From: a virus
Length of the DNA stretch: 48,884 nt
Reading direction: 5' to 3' (one strand)
Virus record (IMG/VR): IMGVR_UViG_3300045988_153650
Location: 1 to 48,884 of that record
The notes under the pieces are model-generated. The model made no database searches, had not been told where the DNA came from, and saw only the letters and a list, made by a program, of their open reading frames with translations. This document shows positions 1-9,648 of the stretch, piece after piece. The position numbers and the translations under genes were made by a program. How positions within the stretch are numbered: the first letter of the stretch is position 1; the number at the start of each line of letters is the position of its first letter.

Positions 1-119
1 AACTGGAATTGACAGAAGTGAAAGAAAACAAACAGATCCAGTTTTATATGAAATGGTAGCTAATGCACAAGCAATTATAACTATAAGCAGAAAAAGACTT
101 TGTAATTGTGCAGATAAAG
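1..119. repeat. Left copy of 119-bp terminal direct repeat (identical to 48766-48884); circular-assembly overlap or terminal redundancy
   Basis: Compared base by base: aactggaattgacag...tgtgcagataaag is present at both window ends. Confidence 0.95.
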
Positions 120-304
120 ATACTGTAAAAGCTTGGAATATGGCTTTAGAAGAGTTAAATAAAATAAACCCAACTTTAGTAAGTTGTTGTGTAGCAGATT
201 GTGTTTATAGAGGTCATTGTATGGAGCATAAATCTTGTAATTATCACAAAACATTTGCTTTTAAAGAAGAATTAGAAATGTATAGAGAAAATATAAATCA
301 GTAA
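2..304 (+). CDS. ThyX-like (flavin-dependent thymidylate synthase-like) protein, C-terminal part; gene starts at 48509 and wraps across the window ends
   Basis: Frame open from base 2 and in phase with 48509-48884 through the overlap; joined product 186 aa; Cys/His-rich C-terminus. Confidence 0.5.
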   Translation, partial: TGIDRSERKQTDPVLYEMVANAQAIITISRKRLCNCADKDTVKAWNMALEELNKINPTLVSCCVADCVYRGHCMEHKSCNYHKTFAFKEELEMYRENINQ

Positions 305-334
305 AGTAAGGCAATAAGGGGGAGATAACTAAAG

Positions 335-817
335 ATGAAATTATTTGTATCAAGGAAAAAATATGATTTACTTAATAAAGAATATCTTTTATTGAATGAT
401 AAATATGAGGAACTTAAAGAAAACTTTAGAAAGATTGATGACTTAAATGGCGAACTAAATCTTGATATGTTGAATTTAGATTATAAAAGTAAGGATTTAA
501 TGTTTGAGAATGATAATTTAGAAAATCAAATATTATCATTAAATCAAGAAATAGATTTATATGATAATACAGTAAATGATCTAAGAGAAGAAAATGAAAA
601 GCTTAAAAAAGCTAATGAAGAGTTGGCAAAACTTTGGAATGATGCTAACAGAAAACTATGGTGTAATAATGAAAGTGCTAGGCAATTAAGAAAGTTATCA
701 AAAGATATATTAAATTCACAAAAGATAGATAAAAACCAACTAGCTACTTACATACATGACATATCATTTTACGTAGGTGGTGGTGTAGGTGTTGAGTTAA
801 AATCAAAAGATAAATAA
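335..817 (+). CDS. Coiled-coil hypothetical protein
   Basis: 160-aa ORF, GGGGGAG RBS upstream, E/K/L/N heptad-like composition. Confidence 0.6.
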   Translation: MKLFVSRKKYDLLNKEYLLLNDKYEELKENFRKIDDLNGELNLDMLNLDYKSKDLMFENDNLENQILSLNQEIDLYDNTVNDLREENEKLKKANEELAKLWNDANRKLWCNNESARQLRKLSKDILNSQKIDKNQLATYIHDISFYVGGGVGVELKSKDK

Positions 818-832
818 AAGGGGAGTAAGGGA

Positions 833-1000
833 ATGAGAATAGTAAAAGGGGATAAAGTAAAATATTTAGATTTAGAAGGTGTCGCTATAAGCAATCCATA
901 TATGTATATATCTGATATGGAAACTTATATAGATGTTTATTGTAATGATATAAAAGAAACAATGACATTAAAAATAAATGATTTAGAGAAGGTTGATTAA
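833..1000 (+). CDS. Hypothetical protein (55 aa)
   Basis: ATG 7 nt after GGGGAGTAAGGG RBS; fills the gap between flanking ORFs; stop abuts next ATG. Confidence 0.5.
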   Translation: MRIVKGDKVKYLDLEGVAISNPYMYISDMETYIDVYCNDIKETMTLKINDLEKVD

Positions 1001-1249
1001 ATGAATAGAATACATAATTTAGAGATATATAAAAAACTTAGTGCAGTCAATATGTATAATAAACTTGATGAAGAAGTAAAAGAAGTTGCAGGTGCTATAT
1101 TGATGAATGATAGAGAAAATCTAACAGAAGAACTACTTGATGTAATTCAATGTTGCTATGGTATAGCTTTTACTAAGGGAATAAATTTAGAAGAACATAT
1201 AAAAGAACATAATGAGAAGTTATTAAATAGAGGACATAAATTTATATGA
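1001..1249 (+). CDS. MazG-like nucleotide pyrophosphohydrolase domain protein
   Basis: KLDEEVKEV...EELLDVIQCCYGIA...EHNEKLLNRG matches the recalled MazG helix pair pattern (EExxE...EExxD). Confidence 0.55.
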   Translation: MNRIHNLEIYKKLSAVNMYNKLDEEVKEVAGAILMNDRENLTEELLDVIQCCYGIAFTKGINLEEHIKEHNEKLLNRGHKFI

Positions 1250-1431
1250 TATTAATTATAAAAATGATTTCAAATATAATAGGGTTTGTATTATTATTTA
1301 CTGTAACTAAAAAAAATATGTCATTGCATGAGTATATAACTTTATTAGTTGCAGTAGCATTGATTTGGTAATATGTGGAAGCTATTTAAATCAATTTTAA
1401 ATAAGGTTGTGTGTGAAAGGAGAATAATTGT

Positions 1432-1671
1432 ATGAGTAATATATCAGAAGTTATGAAAGAACAGATAAGAGAAGTAATATTTAGCAAATTTGAGCACTGG
1501 GAGATAGACGAAGAATTGAATGAAAGTAGATTTAAGGAAATTGTGAAAAAGAATATTGAAGAAAAATTTTGCATAAAAGCTGATATTAAGGACATTCCTA
1601 ACGAAGAAGGCAAGTACATTATTAAGGTTGAACCATATATTGAATGTATCGAATCAGAAATAAGAATATAA
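1432..1671 (+). CDS. Hypothetical acidic protein
   Basis: 79-aa ORF with AAAGGAG RBS; the antisense 1386-1679 track ORF is a low-complexity shadow. Confidence 0.6.
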   Translation: MSNISEVMKEQIREVIFSKFEHWEIDEELNESRFKEIVKKNIEEKFCIKADIKDIPNEEGKYIIKVEPYIECIESEIRI

Positions 1672-2159
1672 AAATACACAGAAGCTATTTGAAGCGATTT
1701 TAAAGGGGTTGCAAATCAAGCCCCTTATGTTTTATCATTGATAAAAATAAATATAAATAAACGGTTAATTCTAAAAGACATAAAATATGTACTTTTATGC
1801 CATTTAAAAATAAATAGCTTTATAATTAAGTAATTTCAATAGATAGAAGTGTATTTATTATGTCAGTTGATTTTGCTTTATTTTCAAATATGTCAGTTAA
1901 ATAGTATTAGTTTCAAAAGCTGAAATGCTTATACTAAACAATAATAAATTAATATTTGAGGATAAAGAACTTACGAAAGTAGGGGGTTAATATAGCTAAG
2001 GTTATTGATAAAACTAAGAAAAGAAGTAAATAAAAACACCGCAAAAACGGATAGGAAAATAAAAAACATATTTTAGGTAGTGTAGCACCTATATAGTATC
2101 GGCAGACTACACCTTACACCATGACCGATACTAAAAAACATATTTTAATAGGTGAAGTT

Positions 2160-2339
2160 ATGAAAGTTATAAGAGAATATAGAGTTATTTCAAATGAAGA
2201 TTGTGAAGTATTCCAAAAAGAATTTAATAAGTATCTTCAAGAATTTCAAGATAAAGGATATGAATTAGATATAAAATTTTCAACTTGTGTTTCGATTAAT
2301 AATAACTTAGTTCAAAGTGTTATGATACTTTGTTATTAG
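2160..2339 (+). CDS. Hypothetical protein
   Basis: Track ORF 2121-2339; internal ATG 2160 follows AGGTGA, whereas ATG 2121 has no RBS and lies inside a hairpin (agtatcgg 2096-2103 / ccgatact 2124-2131). Confidence 0.45.
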   Translation: MKVIREYRVISNEDCEVFQKEFNKYLQEFQDKGYELDIKFSTCVSINNNLVQSVMILCY

Positions 2340-2374
2340 TGCAAAGAAAAGAGGAGTTTTAATAGGAGGATATT

Positions 2375-2704
2375 ATGAGATATAAAATAGGTCAAGAAAT
2401 AGAAATAACGGAAGATTTTACACTTAAAACAGTAGGAGGAAGAGAACTTACTGTAAAGGCTGGAGATAAAGCAATAATAGATAGTAGAGCAAGAATTAAA
2501 TACATATCAGGACAAGCTAGAGATGTTATGCAGATGCTAGGAAAAGATATTGAAGTAAATGGATATGATCATAGAAATATAGCTAGTATGATACTTAATA
2601 GACTTAATGGTGTATTTGGAATAGAAGAATTTTTAGATTACAACGATATTAATGATGATGAAATGATAGATGAAATAGAAGATGTATTAATGGATATACT
2701 TTAA
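2375..2704 (+). CDS. Hypothetical protein
   Basis: 109-aa ORF, AGGAGG RBS. Confidence 0.65.
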   Translation: MRYKIGQEIEITEDFTLKTVGGRELTVKAGDKAIIDSRARIKYISGQARDVMQMLGKDIEVNGYDHRNIASMILNRLNGVFGIEEFLDYNDINDDEMIDEIEDVLMDIL

Positions 2705-2708
2705 TAAA

Positions 2709-2732
2709 TTTGGTACCGACATTAATGTCGGG
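2709..2732 (+). repeat. Hairpin motif TTTGGTACCGACATT... (copy 1), directly upstream of an RBS
   Basis: 15 nt identical to 35128-35142; ccgac/gtcgg stem. Confidence 0.7.
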
Positions 2733-2748
2733 AGCATAGGAGGTAGCA

Positions 2749-2910
2749 ATGATTGGATGTAAAAATGGATGTTTATGCAATGATATAAATAAAGAACTAT
2801 GTTGCATTGAATGCGAAGAATTTTCAGTATGTAAAGGTTATTGTTTTGTAATTGACAACATTGAAGGAGATATATTATTTGATTGCAAGAGGGCATTTGA
2901 GGTTGAATAA
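2749..2910 (+). CDS. Small Cys-rich protein (53 aa, 9 Cys)
   Basis: AGGAGG RBS then ATG; MIGCKNGCLCNDINKELCCIECEEFSVCKGYC... Confidence 0.55.
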   Translation: MIGCKNGCLCNDINKELCCIECEEFSVCKGYCFVIDNIEGDILFDCKRAFEVE

Positions 2911-2948
2911 AATAATTTATTTGTTGAGGTTAAAAGAGAGGTTTTAGA

Positions 2949-3104
2949 ATGTACAAGTTTTGGATTAGAGTTAGATTTTGTGGAGAAATCATAGATAGAT
3001 TTTTCTTAGATTATCCTAAGATGAATTATTTTATAACTAAACATAATATAAAAGATAGAGATATTATTTTTATAAAAACTAGAAAAGAATTGATATTAAA
3101 ATAG
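2949..3104 (+). CDS. Hypothetical protein (51 aa)
   Basis: ATG after AGAGAGG; below the track size cut-off. Confidence 0.4.
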   Translation: MYKFWIRVRFCGEIIDRFFLDYPKMNYFITKHNIKDRDIIFIKTRKELILK

Positions 3105-3121
3105 AAGAGGAGTTTTAATTT

Positions 3122-3421
3122 ATGAAAACAGAGCAATTAAAACTTTTAGGAAATATTATAGAGTTTCCTAAGAATCAAAAATTTAAAAATAAAGAGATAC
3201 AAGACAAGTTTTATGTTGCAACAGAACTTCTAAAAAGAATAATAGAACATGGACATGAGTTTAATATAACAGTCACAAGAGATGCAGCATTAGAGGTATT
3301 TGAAGAACGTGATCAAAAAATAAAAGATTTATTAGTCATAAGCACTAGTGAAGAATTTGAAAGAAATCTTGAATATAAAGATAAAAGTTATTTTTATGTA
3401 ATTGGCGATGAATTTAAATAG
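3122..3421 (+). CDS. Hypothetical protein
   Basis: 99-aa ORF with GAGGAG RBS. Confidence 0.6.
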   Translation: MKTEQLKLLGNIIEFPKNQKFKNKEIQDKFYVATELLKRIIEHGHEFNITVTRDAALEVFEERDQKIKDLLVISTSEEFERNLEYKDKSYFYVIGDEFK

Positions 3422-3433
3422 GTGGTGGAGATT

Positions 3434-3610
3434 ATGAATTACCAAAGAATGTGGTTTGCAATGAAAGAATTTTTACTAGATGGGAAAGGCAAAGGTGAAA
3501 TGTTAACGGATGATTTAATCGAAGAAATGTGCAAAATTGAAATATGTGAAAGTAGAGAGTGTAATAAGACTATATTTGATTTAGCTAAGAAGAATCATCT
3601 AAACACTTAG
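3434..3610 (+). CDS. Hypothetical protein
   Basis: Track ORF 3422-3610; ATG 3434 follows GGTGGTGGAG. Confidence 0.55.
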   Translation: MNYQRMWFAMKEFLLDGKGKGEMLTDDLIEEMCKIEICESRECNKTIFDLAKKNHLNT

Positions 3611-3631
3611 ATAATAAAAGGGAGATTTTAA

Positions 3632-3769
3632 ATGGAGGATTTTATGTTAAATTGCTTATTTTTTACAGGCTTGTTTCCACTTTTTGCTTTGTCTTTGTGC
3701 GTTGGGACTGCATTAATAGGAATATTTATAGTATATATTAAAAATATATTCAAACAGATAAAACAATAA
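3632..3769 (+). CDS. Small membrane protein (45 aa)
   Basis: GGGAG RBS; hydrophobic LFFTGLFPLFALSLCVGTALIGIFIVYI. Confidence 0.45.
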   Translation: MEDFMLNCLFFTGLFPLFALSLCVGTALIGIFIVYIKNIFKQIKQ

Positions 3770-3785
3770 TATCTAGGGGGGTATT

Positions 3786-4184
3786 ATGACTAAAGATAAA
3801 TATAAATATGTTGAAGGGTTATTAAGAAATTATAAAAAAAATAAATCAAGAATTAAAATATTAGAGTTAGGGCTAGTTACTGATGATGATTATACACTTG
3901 GGGCTATAGATTATTCAAAAGATAAAATACAAACTTCTAATAAAAGTGATTTATCAGATGCAATAGTTAAAAGAGAAAAAGAATTAGAAAAACTTAAGTA
4001 TGAAGTAAGCCTAACAGATGCACTCTTAGAAAGTCTAAATAATAAAGATAGATATATAATAGAAGCTTTTTATATAGAAAATATTAGAATGAATAAAATA
4101 GCCGTAAAGTTGAATTATTATGAAACTAAAAGCGTGTGGAACAACAAAGATAGAATAATGAATAGCTTAGTAGAGTTAGTGTAG
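3786..4184 (+). CDS. ArpU/RinA-family late-gene transcriptional activator (sigma region-4-like)
   Basis: YVEGLLRNYKKNKSRIKIL N-terminus and C-terminal HTH-like segment; last gene before the terminase operon. Confidence 0.6.
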   Translation: MTKDKYKYVEGLLRNYKKNKSRIKILELGLVTDDDYTLGAIDYSKDKIQTSNKSDLSDAIVKREKELEKLKYEVSLTDALLESLNNKDRYIIEAFYIENIRMNKIAVKLNYYETKSVWNNKDRIMNSLVELV

Positions 4185-4206
4185 GTGTAAAAGCCTACTT
4201 TTTTTA
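4181..4206 (+). terminator. Rho-independent terminator
   Basis: gtaggt/gcctac stem followed by T8. Confidence 0.7.
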
Positions 4207-4384
4207 TTGCCAAAAAAAAACTCAGAAGTATTGAAATTACTACATTCTTACTTTAAAATTGCATTTTATTTACAAATCATATGTAGTATTATATTAACAT
4301 AGATATTTTATGATAATTTCATAATTATTCTTAATCTCCTTATTACTTATATTATTTTTAATATTTTTATTTTGATTTTTTATC

Positions 4385-4414
4385 CTAGCATATCAGTTTA
4401 AATTGATGTGCTAG
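4385..4414. promoter_or_regulatory. Imperfect 11-bp inverted repeat upstream of the packaging operon (candidate late operator or activator site)
   Basis: ctagcatatca-N8-tgatgtgctag, 10 of 11 positions complementary. Confidence 0.4.
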
Positions 4415-4590
4415 TATTAAAACTCAAAGGGGATAATGAGTTGAAGGAGAGAAAAACTAAGGTTAAAACTAAGGTATGGAAAGAAATAGATGAAGTTGTA
4501 AAAGCTACTATTGAAATACCTAAGAGGGTACAATGGCTAGTTGAAGTCATGGAAGAAGTGCCAAAGGGGGAGAGAAGTCTAAGAGATTAG
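4408..4590 (+). CDS. Hypothetical small protein (start uncertain; TTG 4441 after AAAGGGG is an alternative)
   Basis: Track ORF; T-run after an imperfect hairpin downstream. Confidence 0.35.
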   Translation: MLVLKLKGDNELKERKTKVKTKVWKEIDEVVKATIEIPKRVQWLVEVMEEVPKGERSLRD

Positions 4591-4625
4591 GCTTCTTTTT
4601 TTATTTTATTTAAGGAGGTGAAACT

Positions 4626-5042
4626 TTGAGTTTAACCACAAAACAAGAAATATTCGTGCAGAGATTGATTGAAGGCTATTCTCAAAGAGAAGCCTATAAA
4701 TTCGCATATGAAGCTTCTAATATGAAAAATGAAACAATAGATAAAAGGGCTTCCGAATTATTCTCTAAAGGGGAGATTAAGGGAAGGTATGAGGAATTAA
4801 AAAACGAACTCAAACAAAAGATGTTTTATACAGTAGAAAAAGCTAATGATGATTTAGAATGGATTAAATTAAAAGCTAAAGAAGATATAGAATGTCGGGG
4901 AATAAAACAAGCTAATGCAACTACTTATCTAGGGGCAGTAAAACAACAAATAGACTTAAATGGAATTACTATAAAAGAAGCTAAAGAGGATATAGATAAT
5001 GTAATTAAGTTTGAGATAGTTGGTGCTAGAAATGAAAGCTAA
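4626..5042 (+). CDS. terS: Terminase small subunit
   Basis: [26 protein letters not shown] resembles the Terminase_2 N-terminal HTH; TTG start after AAGGAGG; overlaps terL. Confidence 0.75.
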   Translation: MSLTTKQEIFVQRLIEGYSQREAYKFAYEASNMKNETIDKRASELFSKGEIKGRYEELKNELKQKMFYTVEKANDDLEWIKLKAKEDIECRGIKQANATTYLGAVKQQIDLNGITIKEAKEDIDNVIKFEIVGARNES

Positions 5043-6309
5043 AGTAGTAGCTAATAATCATTTTATTGATTTTTTAACTGACTGGAATTATAAATTTTAT
5101 TTTTTAGTCGGAGGATATGGAAGTTCTAAAAGCTATCATGTAGCAGAAAAAATATTATTAAAATTATCTACTGAAAAAAGACTTTGTTTGGTAGTTAGAG
5201 AAGTCTATGACACAATTAGAGATAGTTGTTTTAGTTTATTTGAAGAAGTAGCTAATAACATAGGAATTGGAAGTTATTTAAAATTTAAAACTTCACCCTT
5301 ACAAGTAATATTTCCAAATGGTAGCAAAATCATATTTAAAGGAATGGATAACCCACAAAAGCTAAAATCAATTAATGGTGTATCTATCATATGGCTCGAG
5401 GAATGTTCAGAGGTTAAATATGAAGGATATAAAGAGTTATTAGGTCGTTTAAGACATATGGAAATGAGTAATCACATTATTTGTTCTACTAACCCAGTAA
5501 GTAAAGCTAATTGGACCTATAAACATTTCTTTAAAAATGATGAAGCTAAAACACTTGTATTAGATGATAAAGTCTTGTATGAGAAGAGAATAGTTAAATT
5601 GAACAATACTTACTATCACCATAGCGTGTGTGATGATAATTCATTCTTGCCTAAAAGTTATATAGATGAACTTGAAAATATGAAAGCTTATGATTATGAC
5701 CTATACAGAGTAGCAAGACTAGGACAATTTGGAGTAAATGGAACTAAAGTATTACCACAGTTCAAGGAATTGCCACATGATAAAGTTATGGATTTTGTAA
5801 GCAAATGCCCTTCAAGATATATAAAAACTGGTATGGACTTTGGTTTTGTTACTTCTTATAATGCGATTATTCAAATGGCTATAGATGATAAAAATAAAGA
5901 TTTATACATATTCAAAGAGTATTACTCAAAAGGAAAAACTGATGACGAAATAGCTAAAGACATAGAAGAATTTAAGAAATTTATTATAATAGCTGATAAT
6001 GCCGAGCCTAAGTCAATAGCTTATTTTAATAGATTAGGTTACAAAATGAAAGCTTGTAAAAAGTTTGCAGGAAGTAGACTTGCAAACACAAAGAAGGTAA
6101 AAAGATTTAAAAATATTTACTGTTCAAGTGAATGTATAAATACAATAAAAGAACTTGAAAACCTAACATATAAAACAAATAGATTAGGTGAAATAGTGGA
6201 AGATGAATTTAATATAGATCCACATACATTTAGTGCTATTTGGTATGGTCTAGATGATTATGAGGTTGCAGATATAAAAAGATTTAACAGAGATAAATAT
6301 AACGTATAG
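5032..6309 (+). CDS. terL: Terminase large subunit (PBSX/XtmB-like)
   Basis: Walker A GGYGSSKS, Walker B-like [10 protein letters not shown]-terminal nuclease-size domain. Confidence 0.9.
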   Translation: MKAKVVANNHFIDFLTDWNYKFYFLVGGYGSSKSYHVAEKILLKLSTEKRLCLVVREVYDTIRDSCFSLFEEVANNIGIGSYLKFKTSPLQVIFPNGSKIIFKGMDNPQKLKSINGVSIIWLEECSEVKYEGYKELLGRLRHMEMSNHIICSTNPVSKANWTYKHFFKNDEAKTLVLDDKVLYEKRIVKLNNTYYHHSVCDDNSFLPKSYIDELENMKAYDYDLYRVARLGQFGVNGTKVLPQFKELPHDKVMDFVSKCPSRYIKTGMDFGFVTSYNAIIQMAIDDKNKDLYIFKEYYSKGKTDDEIAKDIEEFKKFIIIADNAEPKSIAYFNRLGYKMKACKKFAGSRLANTKKVKRFKNIYCSSECINTIKELENLTYKTNRLGEIVEDEFNIDPHTFSAIWYGLDDYEVADIKRFNRDKYNV

Positions 6310-6319
6310 GAGGTGTATT

Positions 6320-6496
6320 ATGATTTTTAAATTATGCTATTTATTTACTTTTATAACATCAATGATGAATTTATTAGGATTTACTAATCTTGAATGGAAG
6401 CTAATATTTACGCCTTCTGTTTTAGCTTTATTGATAAACGTTGTTATGTTTATAATAGCTTTTATTGTATTTGTATTTTGCGAATACAATAAATAA
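6320..6496 (+). CDS. Small membrane protein (58 aa)
   Basis: AGGAGG RBS; two hydrophobic segments. Confidence 0.45.
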   Translation: MIFKLCYLFTFITSMMNLLGFTNLEWKLIFTPSVLALLINVVMFIIAFIVFVFCEYNK

Positions 6497-6511
6497 GATT
6501 GGAGGTGTACT

Positions 6512-7876
6512 ATGAGAAAAATAAAAATAGATAAAGATTATACTTTAACTAATGATTTAATACTTGATTTAATAGATAAACATTTAACAGAAAAATCGAG
6601 ATTAGAAAAACTTCTAAGATATTACAATAATGAAAATGACAAGATAAGTAATAGAGTATATAAAAATAAAAATAAGCCACAGAATAAGTTATCTCACCCT
6701 TACGCACAGTATATAACAGATACTGCGGTTGGTTATCTATTAGGTAAACCTATAGCTTATGTTACAGAGGATAAAAAGCTTCTTGAAGAACTTACAGATA
6801 TATTTAGGTATAATGATGAAGCTGACAACAATACTACTTTAGCTAAAATGGCTTCTATATATGGTTATGCTTATGAAATAATGTATATAGATAAATTTGC
6901 TAAAGCTAGATTTAAAGCAATTAATCCTAGTGAGTTAATAGTTTGCTATGATAACACTTTAGAAGAAAATATAATATTAGCTATAAGATATTATGATGAA
7001 ATAATTAGAGTTAATGATGAAGATGAAACAATAACTAGATTAGAAATATATACAAAACCTATTGAAAATGACAAAGGGCAAATAGTTAGCAATGGTAAAA
7101 TTATAAGAGGAACTATTGAAGATGGTAATGTAATTTTAACAGATGAAGAAGATTGTTATTTTGATGATATACCAGTGAATGTTTATATAAACAATGATGA
7201 ACTTTACGGAGATTTTGAAAAAGTAATAAGTTTAATAGATGCTTATGACCAAAGTCAGTCGGACACTGCTAATGACTTTGAATTATTTACTAATTGTATG
7301 TTAATAGTAAATGGCGAGTTAATAGATGACGAACAGGCTAAAGACTTAAATGACATAAATTTAATACAGTTTTTAAATTCAGATAGTGATGCAAAATATC
7401 TTATAAAAGATATACAAGATACTGCACTAGAGAATTATAAAAACAGATTAAATGAAGATATACATAGATTTAGCTTTGTACCTAATATGAGTGATACCGA
7501 GTTTTCTTCAAATGCAAGTGGGGTAGCTATGAAATTTAAACTTATGGGGCTTGAAAACTTAGTAGGAGTTAAGGAAAGTAAATTTAAAAAAGGTTTAATG
7601 AGAAGAATAGAGTTGTTATGTGCTTATACTAAAATGAAAAATAATAGCGACTATTCTTATTTAGCTATTGAGCCAGTCTTTACTAGAAATACTCCTAATA
7701 ATGAGTTAGAGTTATCACAAATAATGCAAAACTTAGATGGAATTTTAAGTGAAGAAACTATAATTGGGATGTCGCCTAGAGTTAGTGATATACAAGCAGA
7801 AATAGAGAAAAAAGAAAATGAAAGTAATAAGCTTTATGAGGACAATTATTCTGAATTAGGTGATATGAATGTATAA
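6512..7876 (+). CDS. Portal protein (SPP1 gp6-like)
   Basis: 454 aa directly after terL; family-like composition; GGAGG RBS. Confidence 0.85.
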   Translation: MRKIKIDKDYTLTNDLILDLIDKHLTEKSRLEKLLRYYNNENDKISNRVYKNKNKPQNKLSHPYAQYITDTAVGYLLGKPIAYVTEDKKLLEELTDIFRYNDEADNNTTLAKMASIYGYAYEIMYIDKFAKARFKAINPSELIVCYDNTLEENIILAIRYYDEIIRVNDEDETITRLEIYTKPIENDKGQIVSNGKIIRGTIEDGNVILTDEEDCYFDDIPVNVYINNDELYGDFEKVISLIDAYDQSQSDTANDFELFTNCMLIVNGELIDDEQAKDLNDINLIQFLNSDSDAKYLIKDIQDTALENYKNRLNEDIHRFSFVPNMSDTEFSSNASGVAMKFKLMGLENLVGVKESKFKKGLMRRIELLCAYTKMKNNSDYSYLAIEPVFTRNTPNNELELSQIMQNLDGILSEETIIGMSPRVSDIQAEIEKKENESNKLYEDNYSELGDMNV

Positions 7877-8765
7877 GTTATATAATGGGGACTGCTTAGA
7901 GGTAATGAAGGATATTCCTGATAATAGTATAGATATTGTTATAACAGACATACCATATGGAATAGATTTTTCAGAGTGGGATGTGCTACATAATAATACT
8001 AATTCTGCATTAGGTGGTGCGAGTGAACATCAAGCTAAGAACACTTCATTTAAAAGAAGGGGTAAGCCTATTAATGGATGGTCAAAGGCAGATAAGCAAA
8101 TATCATATGAGTACCAAGAATGGTGTAATAAATGGTCTAAAGAATTATTTAGAATAACAAAAGAAGCAAGTCCTATACTTATTTTTAGCAGTAGAAGATT
8201 TCAGCATAGAGTATGTAACGCTCTTGAAGATAATGGATTTATGATAAGAGATATACTTATATGGCAAAAAGATAAATGCAATGCTAAGGCACAGAGGATA
8301 AATAATGTATTACACAGAAGAGGCATATATGAAGAATGTTATGATAATTATAGAGTTGGTAATTTAGCTCCATATTATGAACCAATTATATTTGCAATGA
8401 AACCATACAGACACACATTAACAGATAGAATATTAGAAGATAAGATAGGTGGACTATATTGCAAAGACGATAAGATACCATCAAATATATTATATTGCCC
8501 TGCAAATAAAAGAAATAAGTATCATGAAACGGAGAAGCCAGTTGAGCTGATAGAAATGTTGATAGATATATTTTCAATATATGAAAATCATACTATTTTA
8601 GATTTTACTATGGGAAGTGGCTCAACAGGCGTTGCCTGTATGAATACTAATAGAAAATTTATAGGTATAGAACTTGATAATAATTATTTTAATATAGCTT
8701 CTAAAAGAATTGAGGAGGCTTTTTTTAATGCGCAAAATAAAGAAGGTACTATGAATGAAGAATAA
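7869..8765 (+). CDS. DNA methyltransferase, beta-class (N6-adenine or N4-cytosine)
   Basis: Motif IV DIPYG near the N-terminus and motif I FTMGSGSTG near the C-terminus. Confidence 0.85.
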   Translation: MYKLYNGDCLEVMKDIPDNSIDIVITDIPYGIDFSEWDVLHNNTNSALGGASEHQAKNTSFKRRGKPINGWSKADKQISYEYQEWCNKWSKELFRITKEASPILIFSSRRFQHRVCNALEDNGFMIRDILIWQKDKCNAKAQRINNVLHRRGIYEECYDNYRVGNLAPYYEPIIFAMKPYRHTLTDRILEDKIGGLYCKDDKIPSNILYCPANKRNKYHETEKPVELIEMLIDIFSIYENHTILDFTMGSGSTGVACMNTNRKFIGIELDNNYFNIASKRIEEAFFNAQNKEGTMNEE

Positions 8766-9648
8766 TTTATCTAGTAAAGAATATTGGACCAAAAGAGAAG
8801 CCTATAAACTTAAGAAAGGCTTAAAAGATTTAAAAAAAATAGAAAAAGAATTAGTTAATGAATATAAAAAAGCTATGAATGAGATAGGTAAAGAAATTAG
8901 TAATTTATTTTATAAATATGCTAAAGATAACAACCTGTCTTATTCTGATGCAAAAAAATATTTAAACAGTAGCGAATTTAGAGAATTTAAAAGAGATTTA
9001 AAATCTTATATGAAACTTATAGAAGAAACAGGTGATGAAGAGCTTTTACTAGAGTTAAACACTTTATCAATGAAAAGTCGTATATCAAGGTTAGAAGAAA
9101 TGTTTTATCAGTGCAGTAAATATATCAATGAAGTATATGAAAGCACCAATAAAAAGCTTCAAATAGCTTATAGTAGTACAATAAAAGATAACTATTACCA
9201 AACTATATATGATATACATAAAGCTATAGGAGTTGGTGCTAGTTTTTCATATATTGATAATGATATGATAAAAGAAATATTAGCTTTTCCTTGGAGTGGT
9301 AGGCATTATAGTCAAAGGTTATGGTCCAACAGAACTAAATTAAAAAATGCTATGGTTGAGGAACTCACTCAAATGCTTATACAAGGGAAAGGTGTAAAAG
9401 AAACTTCTAAAGCATTATCTAAGAGATTAGATGCAGATTTTAAAAATTGTATTAGGCTTATACATACAGAACATAGTTATTTTATGGAAATCGCATCACA
9501 AAAGGCTTATGAGGAATGTGATGTAACTAAATATAAAATACTTGCGACATTAGATAAACGTACAAGTGAAATATGTCAAAGGTTAGATGGGGAGGGGTTT
9601 AATGTTAAGGATGCAATAGTTGGTGTAAATATGCCTCCTTTTCATTGA
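8755..9648 (+). CDS. Head morphogenesis protein (SPP1 gp7 / Mu F-like), ends at an in-frame TGA
   Basis: Position after portal; ends ...GVNMPPFH then TGA inside the family PPxHxxCR motif. Confidence 0.85.
   Translation: MKNNLSSKEYWTKREAYKLKKGLKDLKKIEKELVNEYKKAMNEIGKEISNLFYKYAKDNNLSYSDAKKYLNSSEFREFKRDLKSYMKLIEETGDEELLLELNTLSMKSRISRLEEMFYQCSKYINEVYESTNKKLQIAYSSTIKDNYYQTIYDIHKAIGVGASFSYIDNDMIKEILAFPWSGRHYSQRLWSNRTKLKNAMVEELTQMLIQGKGVKETSKALSKRLDADFKNCIRLIHTEHSYFMEIASQKAYEECDVTKYKILATLDKRTSEICQRLDGEGFNVKDAIVGVNMPPFH

Noticed and set aside
1680-2120. tRNA genes in the large noncoding gaps (1680-2120, 9810-10130, 27090-27600)
   Set aside because: I could find no cloverleaf-compatible sequence with a T-loop GTTCRA motif and matching acceptor arms by eye. 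This should be confirmed with tRNAscan-SE.
5020-5031. Upstream alternative starts offered by the track (TTG 5020 for terL, 44362 for the primase-helicase, TTG 30884, 35129, GTG 26403, TTG 20105)
   Set aside because: In each case an in-frame ATG a few codons downstream has a properly spaced AGGAGG-like RBS or an ATGA stop-start overlap, so the shorter models are preferred.
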